A DNA stretch of 64,000 nucleotides from Microcoleus sp. (GCA_052279835.1 CP181291.1:5888001-5952000); one strand, 5' to 3'. Positions 20,809-30,903 are shown, numbered from the stretch's first letter. The notes: generated from the letters alone by a model not told the origin. Numbers and translations: made by a program.

Positions 20809-21771
20809 ATGGCAGTTAGTATTCAATCGGCTCAATCTATTTTTTCCAACACCGAGATTGCGAGCGTTGTTCCGACTACCACGGAAGCGTTCTACAAGCT
20901 CAGCGTTGAAGACCAACTGGCACTATTGTGGTATGCCTACACCGAAATGGGTGTTTCCATCACCGCAGCCGCTCCCGGAGTAGCCAGTATGGCGCTTGTT
21001 GAAGGCATACTGACTGAAATTAAGCAAATGTCGCCGGCCGCTCAAAGCAAAACCATGTTTGACCTGGCTAGCAATGCTGACACCACCATCGGCCGCATCT
21101 ACACATCCTTGCGCGTCAACACCAAACTCGGTTTTTGGTACGAACTAGGACAATTGATGAAACAAGGCCTTGTCGCTCCGATTCCCGCTGGCTATCAAAT
21201 GTCTCCCGAAGCCACCAAAGTCCTTGAAACCCTCAAACAACTCGATCCGGGCCAGCAAATTACCGTACTGCGTAATACCGTAGTTCACATGGGCTATGAC
21301 CCAGATTTCAGCCAAGAGTACGGCAAACGCTCTGCTCCCCGCAGCACTCCCACCTCTGTTGAACAGCGCGTCAAAACCCAGATTGAAGGCATCAGCGAGC
21401 AGACGGTGCTCAGCTACATTGATAACATGAATGCCTTCGACTTTACCCCTGCTGTTGGTTTATTTGCCGAAGAAGGTGCTCTGCAACCACCTTTCCAAAA
21501 GCCGATCGTGGGTCGCGAAGCTATCCTCAACTATATGCGGGAAGAGTGTGTCGGACTCAAAATGATGCCACAGCAAGGTGTATCGGAACCCGCAGAAGAT
21601 GGATACCGCCAAGTGAAAGTGACTGGTAAAGTCGAAACTCCCTGGTTTGGCTCGAATGTGGGTATGAACATTGCGTGGCGGTTTTTGCTCGATCCCCAAG
21701 GTCAAATTTTCTTTGTGGCGATCGATTTGTTGGCATCTCCGAAAGAATTGCTGAACTTGATGCGTAAGTAG
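20809..21771 (+). CDS. ocp: Orange carotenoid protein (full NTD plus NTF2-like CTD)
   Basis: EDQLALLWYAYTEMG, KLGFWYELG, GQQITVLRN, GALQPPFQKPIVG, GKVETPWFG, IDLLASPKELL. Confidence 0.95.
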   Translation: MAVSIQSAQSIFSNTEIASVVPTTTEAFYKLSVEDQLALLWYAYTEMGVSITAAAPGVASMALVEGILTEIKQMSPAAQSKTMFDLASNADTTIGRIYTSLRVNTKLGFWYELGQLMKQGLVAPIPAGYQMSPEATKVLETLKQLDPGQQITVLRNTVVHMGYDPDFSQEYGKRSAPRSTPTSVEQRVKTQIEGISEQTVLSYIDNMNAFDFTPAVGLFAEEGALQPPFQKPIVGREAILNYMREECVGLKMMPQQGVSEPAEDGYRQVKVTGKVETPWFGSNVGMNIAWRFLLDPQGQIFFVAIDLLASPKELLNLMRK

Positions 21772-21977
21772 AATATTTCAGTTTTGTTAGTCAAAACTGA
21801 AACCCCATCGCACTTCCATCCCATTCTTCCGACTTCTATGGCACTTTCCCCCTTTGGGGGGAAGTGATTTTTCGTATATCCGTATTATGGGTCGGAGATA
21901 TGTCACATCTTTTGATGGAGTTGCTGCCACAAACAGAATGACTATATTAGATAGATTAATCTAAAATTCTGATTTTT

Positions 21978-22406
21978 ATGATGGCAACCACTCCATTTAT
22001 GTTAACTGAAGCGATCGGCTTGAGCGCTATTCCTGAGCCAGCGGTTCTGGGATACTTTGAAACTTTCAACAGGGGAGATTTTGAAGCAACGGCTAGTTTG
22101 TTTGATGCTGAGGGCGTTCTCTATGCACCCTTTGCAGATCCGATTGTCGGCAAAAGTGCGATCGCCACCTACTTAAAAACAGAAGCCCTAGGAATGAAGC
22201 TCAATCCGCAGCAGGGCATGAGTCAAACCTTAGAGGACGGCAACATTCAAGTTCAAGTTAACGGGCTGGTACAAACTGCTGTATTTAGCGTCAATGTAGG
22301 ATGGTTGTTTATCGTCAATTCTCAACCAGCTATTGTTTCTGCGACGGTCAAGCTCTTAGCTTCTCCTCAAGAATTGCTAAGCCTGCGCCCCTTCACCAAG
22401 TTGTAG
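21978..22406 (+). CDS. OCP C-terminal domain homologue (CTDH, NTF2-like)
   Basis: YFETFN.GDF..TASLF..EGVL..PF..PIVG..AI..YL, ends KLLASPQELL. Confidence 0.85.
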   Translation: MMATTPFMLTEAIGLSAIPEPAVLGYFETFNRGDFEATASLFDAEGVLYAPFADPIVGKSAIATYLKTEALGMKLNPQQGMSQTLEDGNIQVQVNGLVQTAVFSVNVGWLFIVNSQPAIVSATVKLLASPQELLSLRPFTKL

Positions 22407-22684
22407 GCTGCATATCCTAACTAAATCCACTTAATTAAGCCTAATCTACAGATAGCCCAAAACCTTAGAACCCAGACTTTTTTAAGAAGTCCGGGCTCTG
22501 GGTATTTTGCTGACCAACTAATCTAAAAAGTAGTAGTCACTAATCATTTGTTACTGCTTAGTTTGATTTTTTACTTGTTGATTGTTGGTTCCTAGTTGTG
22601 ATGTGTTAGTCGTTAGTTGTTGATTATTACCAATAACCTGTTATCAATAATTTATTATCAATAACCTGTTACCAATTAAACCAA

Positions 22685-23107
22685 TTAAGATTTGTCGGGC
22701 AAACTCGCTTCCAATTTCAAACAGTTGCGACCATCTATTTGCAAAGTGTAGTCCACCCGGTCCATCAGTCTGCTCATAATCAGCCAGCCGTAGCCGCTTT
22801 CCTGTTTAGCTTCTGGACGTGGGGGATTGTAAGTATTCATGGCGTAACCTTTACCGTAATCCCAAATTTCTAAACCAATGTCTCGATTTTTTAAATTTAA
22901 GCGAATTAACACTGGCAACTCAGGTTGGTCTTTGTGAGCATGGCGGATGACGTTGGAATAGGCTTCTGCTAGCACCAAGCGCAAACGATTCGATTGACGC
23001 GGCCAATCGACGTGCTCACCTAGCTCAACTTCCAAACTGCTCAGCAGCCAGTTTTCAACAATTGTCAAAAACCGCAAGTCGCTTGGTACGTGAAGCTCAG
23101 TATTCAT
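22685..23107 (-). CDS. RsbW-like anti-sigma factor / Ser kinase (HATPase_c_2)
   Basis: LVLAEAYSNVIRHA, EIWDYGKG, ESGYGWLIM..LMDRV. Confidence 0.88.
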   Translation of the reverse strand: MNTELHVPSDLRFLTIVENWLLSSLEVELGEHVDWPRQSNRLRLVLAEAYSNVIRHAHKDQPELPVLIRLNLKNRDIGLEIWDYGKGYAMNTYNPPRPEAKQESGYGWLIMSRLMDRVDYTLQIDGRNCLKLEASLPDKS

Positions 23108-23124
23108 ACAAAAATCCTGTAAGT

Positions 23125-23409
23125 TTAGAAATCCTGTGTCTTCAGACCAGGGATGAAATACGACGCGCCTGATTTATTTGGCGTGAATATTTACTGGTAC
23201 ATGGAGGATACTAGATACCGGGCGATCGAGGCAATACACTTTCTCTGAAAACATTCATCAAAAAGTATTAGTTAAGAGTTAGGCGTTGAAGCACTACTTC
23301 TATAACTCTCGCCTCTGGCCCAGTAAAGAGTCTGCAATCTGTGAGCTGTCAACGGAGGGCTTCAGTGGTTGATTCCTGAAGTCCCCGACTGATGGTCGGG
23401 GTAGTTGAC
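23125..23409. mobile_element. ORF-less non-autonomous IS200/IS605-derived element with omegaRNA/HEARO-like structured end
   Basis: Left-end-like hairpin AGAAATCCTGTGTCTTCAGACCAGGGATGAAA; other end GTCAAC..GGGCTTCAG..CTGAAGTCC-CCGAC..GTCGGGGTAGTTGAC; left boundary approximate. Confidence 0.65.
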
Positions 23410-23413
23410 AGAT

Positions 23414-25087
23414 TCAGAGAACCTCCAGAGAGAGTATAGTTTGGTCATCTTCCTGAACTGGATTGTCCGCTCGGATGTAAGCCAACAAATTGTCCAAGTT
23501 AAAGGAACCAGGCTCCTGAATCAAGAGTTGCCAAAGCCCCTCTTGTTGTAGCATAGAACGAGTTTGTTCTCCCCCAGGAACAGCCTCAGTCATGACAGTA
23601 GCTTCAGTAATCCCATCACTCGTCAGCAGAAATACATCTCCTGACTTTAATTGGATCGTACCCCCTTTACCCTTCCAAACTGGCAGTATCCCCAAGGGAA
23701 TGCCACGAGCTTTCAGGAAATTGGGCTCTACTGGTGCGGAACCGCTAGCGGCTTGAGCTTTCACCTCTGAGTGAGACCAAACTATCGGATAGATGTGACC
23801 GGCATTAGCAAAAGCCAGGTGTCCCGTGGAGGGTGTGTAACGAGCCACAACCATTGTAATAAAATGGTTGTTGCCGATCAGGTCATCTGACATACTACTA
23901 TTCATGTTCGTCATGACTTGGCTGGGTTCAGGAGAAATTTCTTGGCTGAGTTCCCGCCGCATCACCGAAATAGCACTAGCCATAAATAGAGCAGCCGGAA
24001 CACCCTTACCGGAAACATCTCCCACAGCTATCCAAATATCCCCTTGAGAGTGGACGTAGACCTCAAAAAAGTCACCTCCTACTTCGCGGGCCGGATAGCA
24101 ACAAGCTTGCACCCTGACAGTTTCAAAATCGGGCCAACTTTGACGCAATAAGTTTGTTTGGATTTGGCGAGCCACCTCCAACTCATTTTGCATCTGCTTG
24201 GCCAAATCTAGAGTCCGCTGATATAGTTTGGCTTGAGACAGTGCCAGAGCAGCTTGAGCCGCCACACCTTCTATTAACTCTATATCTTCCGACGACCAAG
24301 GATTAGTACCGCCCTGCTGGCACAGGGCCAGTACCGCCAAGATTTCTTGCTGGTAAGTCAGTGGCACCGCCATCTGAACTGAATTGCCCGGACTTTGACT
24401 GCTTTGGTGCAGTTGAGTTTGACGGCTGGCTACGGCTTGGACCAGTAAATTTTCATCAAAAGAAAAAATGCTGGGTTCCGCTGTTTGGGATTGGTAGGGG
24501 AAGGTGCTCGGCAATAGTCGATCGCCCTCTACCGGCCGTAGCATACAGTAGTTTGCCTCAAAAGTTTGACCTACAGTTTGGACAATAGTTTGTACCATAC
24601 TAGAGTAATCTAGCGATCCACGAATCACGCTCATCACCTCATTGAACAGAGATTCTTTGCGTAAAGCGCGACGGAGTTCGACGCTTCGTTGCTTATAGTA
24701 TTTGTAAGTTTCCGACGCTTGATTGATGACTAATTTGAGCTCTTCAGGATTCCAAGGTTTGGTGATGTATTTGAAAACTTGACCTGAGTTGATTGCCTCT
24801 ACCAAGTCTTCAACATCCGTGTATCCCGTCAGCAGAATCCGAATCGTATCAGGAAAACGCTCGACAGTTTTCCCCAAAAACTCGGTGCCATTCATTTCTG
24901 GCATCCTTTGGTCTGAGATAATCACCGCCATTTCGCCCTGTGCATCTAAAACTTCCAGGGCGCTGAGGGCGCTATCTGCTTTGTAAACCTGAAAGTCGCG
25001 TCGAAACGTCCGGTACAGCAAATCCAAGTTGTCGGGTTCGTCATCGACTACCATTAGTTTCAGTTTGCTTCCATCTCCCCGACTCAT
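23414..25087 (-). CDS. Response regulator receiver-GAF-SpoIIE (PP2C, RsbU-like) phosphatase
   Basis: VVDDE, ISDQRMPEM, KPW; GAF; EVGGDF, GDVSGKG, NAGH, SDGITEA, DDQT. Confidence 0.92.
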   Translation of the reverse strand: MSRGDGSKLKLMVVDDEPDNLDLLYRTFRRDFQVYKADSALSALEVLDAQGEMAVIISDQRMPEMNGTEFLGKTVERFPDTIRILLTGYTDVEDLVEAINSGQVFKYITKPWNPEELKLVINQASETYKYYKQRSVELRRALRKESLFNEVMSVIRGSLDYSSMVQTIVQTVGQTFEANYCMLRPVEGDRLLPSTFPYQSQTAEPSIFSFDENLLVQAVASRQTQLHQSSQSPGNSVQMAVPLTYQQEILAVLALCQQGGTNPWSSEDIELIEGVAAQAALALSQAKLYQRTLDLAKQMQNELEVARQIQTNLLRQSWPDFETVRVQACCYPAREVGGDFFEVYVHSQGDIWIAVGDVSGKGVPAALFMASAISVMRRELSQEISPEPSQVMTNMNSSMSDDLIGNNHFITMVVARYTPSTGHLAFANAGHIYPIVWSHSEVKAQAASGSAPVEPNFLKARGIPLGILPVWKGKGGTIQLKSGDVFLLTSDGITEATVMTEAVPGGEQTRSMLQQEGLWQLLIQEPGSFNLDNLLAYIRADNPVQEDDQTILSLEVL

Positions 25088-25534
25088 GCTATTCCCTACT
25101 CCTAGGCGAATTAATCAGGTCTAAAACTAGCTGTTTGTGAAATACCCTGGGCTGATGCGACGGAGGCGAATCAGTGATAGGGCTTCGGTTTTCATAGGTC
25201 AGTGCCATGTTAGTGATACCACAAGGATATTCGGAACTTACATCCGGTCGTGGTCTTACCTGACCTCGCCTTAGTTTGGAACTTGTCCTGTACTGCTATA
25301 CAAAACTTGGTTAAACTTATCTCAGCTTTACCATTCAACTAGAACTAACTTCTAGAGGGTCTGCTTCCTGCTTCAACCAAGGGAGTCGGCTCGCAACTTG
25401 TCCACAGGCGTAAATTCGGGCCCAGCAGCGCCCTATTTTTCCAGCCAGTCTCACTATTTAACTATTGTTTGTGAAGCTGTTGGCTCTTTTTTAACCATTA
25501 CTAATTCGCGTTCTGCACGCCCCTTACTGCCGTA

Positions 25535-26437
25535 TCAAGTTAATTTTTCTGCCAGTCTGAGCTTAGCAGAACGAGAGCGGGGATTTCTAGAGATTTCTTC
25601 AAATTGTGGTCCGATCGGCTTTTTTGTCAGTACCTGCAAACAGTCTGTGCCTCGGAGTTGGTGCTTGACGGGTCTATCTTCCAGACTGTGAAAAGTAATA
25701 ATTCCGAGCCTTCCACCGGGTTTTAACCACCTGGGCGCTTGAGAGAGGAAAGTGTCTAGAGCCACGAGTTCGGAGTTAACAGCTATCCTTAAAGCTTGGA
25801 AAGTACGAGTAGCTGGATGGATTCTGCCATTCCGCTGCTTGGGTGGGAAACTGCTAGCGATCGCACTAGCAAGTTCTGTGGTAGTTTCAAAGGGACGCCC
25901 TTGCAGAATCCGCCTCGCGATGCGTCGCGACAGTCGCTCCTCGCCATATTTATAAATAATATCTGCTAGCTTAACTTCGTCCCAGTGATTGATAATCTCT
26001 TCTGCGGTCAAAGATTGCTGCTGGTTCATACGCATATCTAACTGAGCTGGATGGCGAAAACTAAAGCCACGTTCCGGTGTATCGAACTGAGCGGAGCTAA
26101 CGCCTAAGTCTGCTATTATACCATCAAATGTGGCATCAGGCGACTGATATTCCGCAAAATTGCCGTGCCAAAACTCTACCGGAGCATTAGCAAATCGAGT
26201 TTGGCAAAAACGGATAGCCTGTTCATCACGGTCGATCGCCACCACTGTCACATCAGCCGCCGCCGCCAAAATCAAACCAGTGTGTCCGCCACCCCCAAGC
26301 GTCGCGTCCAAATAGCGGCCGCCGGGGCGCACCCCCAAACCCGCAATTAACTCAGGACCCAAAACTGGAACGTGATAGCTGTCAATACTGACATCTAATC
26401 CAGGGGTGTCCTTCTCAGAAAGCTCGATATCCTTCAT
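25535..26437 (-). CDS. rsmH: 16S rRNA m4C1402 methyltransferase RsmH
   Basis: [58 protein letters not shown]. Confidence 0.97.
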   Translation of the reverse strand: MKDIELSEKDTPGLDVSIDSYHVPVLGPELIAGLGVRPGGRYLDATLGGGGHTGLILAAAADVTVVAIDRDEQAIRFCQTRFANAPVEFWHGNFAEYQSPDATFDGIIADLGVSSAQFDTPERGFSFRHPAQLDMRMNQQQSLTAEEIINHWDEVKLADIIYKYGEERLSRRIARRILQGRPFETTTELASAIASSFPPKQRNGRIHPATRTFQALRIAVNSELVALDTFLSQAPRWLKPGGRLGIITFHSLEDRPVKHQLRGTDCLQVLTKKPIGPQFEEISRNPRSRSAKLRLAEKLT

Positions 26438-26610
26438 AATCTATAAAAGCGAAACAAAAATCAATAATAGTCAGCAGTCAGTAGTCATTAGTCATTAGTT
26501 ATGAGTTCTCAGTTCTCAGTCCTCAGTCCAAAGTTAGAAAATTTGTTGCTACTGACTAATGACTAATGACCAATTACCAATTAGCAATTACCAATCCCCA
26601 ATTACCAATT

Positions 26611-27794
26611 ATGTCAAGAATTGAGACTAGAACCGAACCAATGGTGCTGAACATGGGGCCGCACCACCCATCCATGCACGGGGTACTCAGGTTAATCGTC
26701 ACCCTAGACGGGGAAGACGTAGTTGATTGCGAGCCTGTTTTGGGCTATCTGCACCGGGGGATGGAAAAGATTGCCGAAAATCGCACCAACGTGATGTACG
26801 TGCCCTACGTGAGCCGTTGGGACTACGCTGCGGGAATGTTTAACGAAGCGGTGACAGTCAATGCACCGAAAAATTGGCAAATATTGCTGTCCCCAAACGG
26901 GCTAGTTATATTCGGGTAATTATGCTGGAGTTGAACCGGATTGCCAACCACTTGATGTGGGTGGGGCCGTTTTTGGCAGACGTAGGAGCCCAAACACCTT
27001 TTTTCTATACTATGCGCGATCGCGAACCCATTCTCGACTTATGGGAAGCAGCCACAGGCTATCGCATGGTTAACAACAATTACTTCCGCATCGGCGGAGT
27101 TGCGGCGGATTTACCCTACGGTTGGGTAGATAAGTGCCAAGATTTCTGCGATTACTTCGTTCCCAAAATTGATGAGTACGAACGTCTAATTACCAACAAC
27201 CCAATTTTCCGCCGCCGGATTGAAGGCCTAGGTACCATATCTCGCGCCGAAGCGATTAACTGGGGACTATCCGGCCCCATGTTGCGCGGTTCCGGCGTGA
27301 ATTGGGATTTGCGGAAAGTTGACCATTACGAATGTTATGACGACTTCGAGTGGGAAGTGTGTACAGAAGCAGCAGGCGATTGTTTAGCCCGGTATTTGGT
27401 AAGAATTCGGGAGATGCGCGAGTCAGTTAAGATTCTCTATCAAGCCTTAAAAGGACTCCCCGGCGGCCCTTACGAGAATTTGGAAGCGAAGCGACTAGAA
27501 AGCGGACCAAAATCCGAATGGAATAGTTTTGAATATCAGTTTATTGGCAAAAAAGTTGCGCCGACTTTTAAGATTCCCAAGGGCGAACATTATGTCCGCG
27601 TTGAAAGTGGCAAAGGTGAGTTAGGGATTTATATCATCGGCGATGATAGTACATTCCCTTGGCGCTGGAAAATTAGGGCTGCCGACTTTAATAATTTGCA
27701 GATTTTACCTCACATTGTGCGCGGTGTAAAGATTGCGGATTTGGTAGCAATTTTGGGGAGTATCGACATTATTATGGGTTCAGTCGATAGGTAG
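26611..27794 (+). CDS. ndhH: NAD(P)H-quinone oxidoreductase subunit H; single missing base near 26866-26873 (probable sequence error)
   Basis: [35 protein letters not shown] in one frame continues as (E)[20 protein letters not shown] in another. Confidence 0.93.
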
Positions 27795-27826
27795 ATTTCG
27801 ACTGTTTTTGATGCGAGCATCTAACT

Positions 27827-27859
27827 AAAAGAACCCGGTTAGTATAAACCGGGTTCTTT
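27827..27859 (+). terminator. Hairpin downstream of ndhH
   Basis: AAGAACCCGGTT-AGTATA-AACCGGGTTCTT. Confidence 0.55.
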
Positions 27860-27861
27860 AT

Positions 27862-27915
27862 TTCTCTCTTATCTCTTCCTCTGTGTCCTCTGCGCCCTCT
27901 GTGGTTAAAAAAATC
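27862..27915. repeat. CCTCTGCGCCCTCTG.GGT dispersed repeat; inverted copy at ~58632-58690
   Basis: TCTCTCTTA..TCTCTTCC..CCTCTGCGCCCTCTGTGGTTAAAAAAATC versus GATTTTTTTTACCGCAGAGGGCGCAGAGG..GAAGAGATTAAGAGAGA. Confidence 0.7.
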
Positions 27916-27942
27916 TTTATTTTATCTTTGATTCCATAAACC

Positions 27943-29163
27943 ATGACATTCCAGCAATCAGATATCAATGACAGTAACCCCGAACTCTGCGACTTAATCT
28001 GCGCCAGAATCGCCACCACTCAGCAGCAGCGAATTACCTTTGCTGAATATATGGATTTAGCATTATACCATCCGCAACATGGTTACTATAATAGCGATCG
28101 CCCGTCGATCGGCAAACAAGGCGATTTTATCACATCCTCTGATTGGGGCCCAGATTTTGCCGAGGTTTTGGCAGAGCAATTTGTAGAAATGTGGGAATTG
28201 CTCGTTAGCGGAGCCCTCGAAGAGGATCGCCCTCAAAATTTCGCGATCGTCGAAATGGGTGCTGGGCGAGGAATATTTGCCAAAAATCTCCTGCAATATC
28301 TGCAACAGCAACATCCAGACTTATTTAAAAGTTTAACATACATAATTGTCGAAATTTCGCCCATCCTGCAAGCAGAACAACAGAAAAATTTAGGTGAATT
28401 CCACAGTATTAAATGGTGCAATTGGGATGAAATAGTTGATAACTCAATTGTCGGTTGTTTCTTTTCCAATGAATTAGTCGATGCTTTCCCCGTGCATCAA
28501 TTCATTGTGGAACAAGGCAAAGTCAAAGAAATTTACATTACCACAAAAACCACAATAAATCAACCCAAAGAAATAAATTTTGTCGAGGTACTTGGCGAAG
28601 TTTCTACACCAAAAATTACCGAATATTTTGAGTTGTTGGGAGTTGATTTGTCGGCGAATGTTTACGAGGATGGATATCGCAGTGAGGTGAATTTAGCAGC
28701 CTTAGATTGGATGAGTAGAGTTGGCAAAAAGTTGCAGCAAGGATACTTGTTAACTATTGATTACGGCCATCCGGCGCACCGCTATTACAATCCGAGGCGC
28801 AGGGAGGGGACGCTACAGTGTTATTATCGCCATCGATATCACAATAATCCTTATATTAATGTGGGGCGGCAGGATGTGACGGCTCATGTTAATTTTACAG
28901 CCTTGGAAAAGTATGGGGAATTGTGTGGTTTGGATGTGCTAGGGTTTACTCAGCAGGCTTTATTTTTGATGGCGTTGGGTTTGGGCGATCGCATTGCGGC
29001 TCTATCAACAAATGTATCGGATGTGGCAACTTTGTTGCGGCGCAGGGAGGCTTTACATAAACTCATCGATCCGATGGGTTTGGGAGGTTTTGGGGTTTTG
29101 GTACAGTCTAAGGGGTTGAAGGAGAAGGCGAAAATTTTGAAGGGTTTGATGATTCCTGATTAA
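27943..29163 (+). CDS. SAM-dependent methyltransferase, MidA/NDUFAF7 family
   Basis: ITFAEYM.LALY.P..GYY, GDFITS, VEMGAGRG, FSNELVDAFPVH, IDYG, GTLQCY, QDVTAHVNF. Confidence 0.92.
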   Translation: MTFQQSDINDSNPELCDLICARIATTQQQRITFAEYMDLALYHPQHGYYNSDRPSIGKQGDFITSSDWGPDFAEVLAEQFVEMWELLVSGALEEDRPQNFAIVEMGAGRGIFAKNLLQYLQQQHPDLFKSLTYIIVEISPILQAEQQKNLGEFHSIKWCNWDEIVDNSIVGCFFSNELVDAFPVHQFIVEQGKVKEIYITTKTTINQPKEINFVEVLGEVSTPKITEYFELLGVDLSANVYEDGYRSEVNLAALDWMSRVGKKLQQGYLLTIDYGHPAHRYYNPRRREGTLQCYYRHRYHNNPYINVGRQDVTAHVNFTALEKYGELCGLDVLGFTQQALFLMALGLGDRIAALSTNVSDVATLLRRREALHKLIDPMGLGGFGVLVQSKGLKEKAKILKGLMIPD

Positions 29164-29189
29164 TTATGCGATCGATTTGGTTATATCGA

Positions 29190-29837
29190 TTACGCAAGCT
29201 TACTCAACGGCGGAAATTCCCATTTTCCTGAATATAAATTAGAGGGCAACTTTAAACAATAGGCAGCAGGAATCACCTCAATCAACCACCAATTAAACAT
29301 ATCTCGTTTGGCTACAGCAAAACCAGAAATGGCCTCGCCAGTAATGGCATCATACAGAATATCCAAGATGGCATTATAAGCTGTTTTGGTGTTGAGTGTT
29401 TGCAGCAATCCATAGAAAATATTATAAGCTTCGTCAGTAGCTTGATATTTTCCAATTTTGTTGATATTAGGAAACAAGGTATCTGCCCAAGTTTCTGGAA
29501 TTTCACAACCATCCTTCAGCCAACAAGATATAATTCCTTCAGCGATATCAGCCTTGTGTTCTTCAGGAAAGTAATGTTTAATGGTCGGTTTAGCTGCTAA
29601 TGCTATTCCATAGGCGATGTAAACATATCGCTGATGGGATATTGCATCATTAGGCATTCCCAAGGCAGTCATTACTTCTACAAAGGCTTCTTCTACATCG
29701 CTGTTTCCGCCTCTTTCGTATAAATCGCGATACTTTCTGTCCCAAACTGTGTGCAGTGTTTGTTGTAATTGATATGGAATATCTGAATTGTTGGGCAACT
29801 TGAAATCGGTGTAATGACCTATGTCAAACTGTATCAT
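29190..29837 (-). CDS. Hypothetical protein, possibly Imm5-like immunity protein
   Basis: Strong SD (AAGGAGG) before ATG; helical protein with C-terminal FNWWLIEVIPAAY motif. Confidence 0.6.
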   Translation of the reverse strand: MIQFDIGHYTDFKLPNNSDIPYQLQQTLHTVWDRKYRDLYERGGNSDVEEAFVEVMTALGMPNDAISHQRYVYIAYGIALAAKPTIKHYFPEEHKADIAEGIISCWLKDGCEIPETWADTLFPNINKIGKYQATDEAYNIFYGLLQTLNTKTAYNAILDILYDAITGEAISGFAVAKRDMFNWWLIEVIPAAYCLKLPSNLYSGKWEFPPLSKLA

Positions 29838-30170
29838 TGAGTTTCCCTCCTTATGTATTTTTCTTAATCGTAAACTAGGAGTAAGGTAATATTAAGCTTC
29901 ATATCACCTCCATTTTACCTTGCCCAGAGAAGCCAGTAATGAGGTGTGTTTCTATAGGGGTTTCCTGTAGTTAAGTTTTGTTTCACAAAATTATTTTTCG
30001 TATACAAGATTTTATATATAACCTGACTTAGACATAAGCTTTAAGCTTCGTCTGACTCAGGTATTTTGATTATACTACACTTTATTTTTCAAGCCCCGAA
30101 AATCAGGAACTTGAACTCGTAGCAAGTGCATAAAAAACTCCTGTGTTGGCTGGCATTCAGTGTGGTTAAT

Positions 30171-30277
30171 AGAACTTACTCACGGGTGGTCAGAAACCGG
30201 GTTTTTTCGAGAATACTTCGCTACAGCCCACAAAAACCGTAAAAACCCGGTTTCTTTGGTTGTGATGCGTAAGTCCC
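30171..30277. mobile_element. MITE-like dispersed repeat
   Basis: AGAAACCGGGTTTTT..AAAAACCCGGTTTCT inverted repeat inside (G)ACTTAC.CA/TGCGTAAGTCC ends. Confidence 0.65.
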
Positions 30278-30279
30278 GA

Positions 30280-30876
30280 CTAAGTAATAAAACTAACTAA
30301 AATTCCCAAAATTTCATCAACTGGCGGTAGCGAGTATTCTCTCAAACCAATGGTAACAGTTTGTTCTTCAAGTTTGATAAACTTCCACAAGTTCCCCGTC
30401 GTAACGCAACCATAGAGCTTGTCAACAAAGTAGCCGTTTTTTTCGTTGAAGCGTTGAGCCGCAATCATCTCAGCAACACATTGTCCAAGTCCGCCGTTGA
30501 TGTCTTCTTTTTTAGCTTCCACCACAATCATAGCAGGAGCTTCGATGAAAAGTTGTTCAGGCGATTTGCTAATTAGGAAGTCGCAGACACCGTTAAGTCC
30601 CACCGATTGATCTACCGTAAAATCATTGCCAGAAAAAAGACTGATTTGCTGATGAAAAATATCTTTTAATTCTAGCAATATCGGACAGATAATCATTTCC
30701 GAACGAGCTTTTTCGGTATTCAGTGCTAGGGCTAGAGGTAGGCGTTTTTCGATGAACTCAGCTAGGGCTGGACTCGGCTGAATCGGGGGCGCTGAAACAA
30801 TAAAAGTAGGTACTTCTATTAGGGTGAGTTGAAAGTCTTGTTTGACTTTTTTGAGGGTGAATTCGCTATAGGACAT
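30280..30876 (-). CDS. Cyanobacterial PD-(D/E)XK-like hypothetical protein
   Basis: TEKARSE..I.P.L, GLNG.CDF.IS, VVEAKK, GLGQC.AEM.AAQ, YGCVTTG..WKF. Confidence 0.75.
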   Translation of the reverse strand: MSYSEFTLKKVKQDFQLTLIEVPTFIVSAPPIQPSPALAEFIEKRLPLALALNTEKARSEMIICPILLELKDIFHQQISLFSGNDFTVDQSVGLNGVCDFLISKSPEQLFIEAPAMIVVEAKKEDINGGLGQCVAEMIAAQRFNEKNGYFVDKLYGCVTTGNLWKFIKLEEQTVTIGLREYSLPPVDEILGILVSFIT

Positions 30877-30903
30877 TGCTTTTTTTTGCTATTCCGACAG
30901 TCC

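Noticed and set aside
25090..25530. Long intergenic region as possible ncRNA or riboswitch
   Set aside because: No recognisable motif or strong structure by eye; probably promoter/UTR. An Rfam scan would be needed to exclude it
26860..26880. Programmed frameshift in ndhH
   Set aside because: No precedent known to me and no clear stimulatory structure; a sequencing indel is simpler
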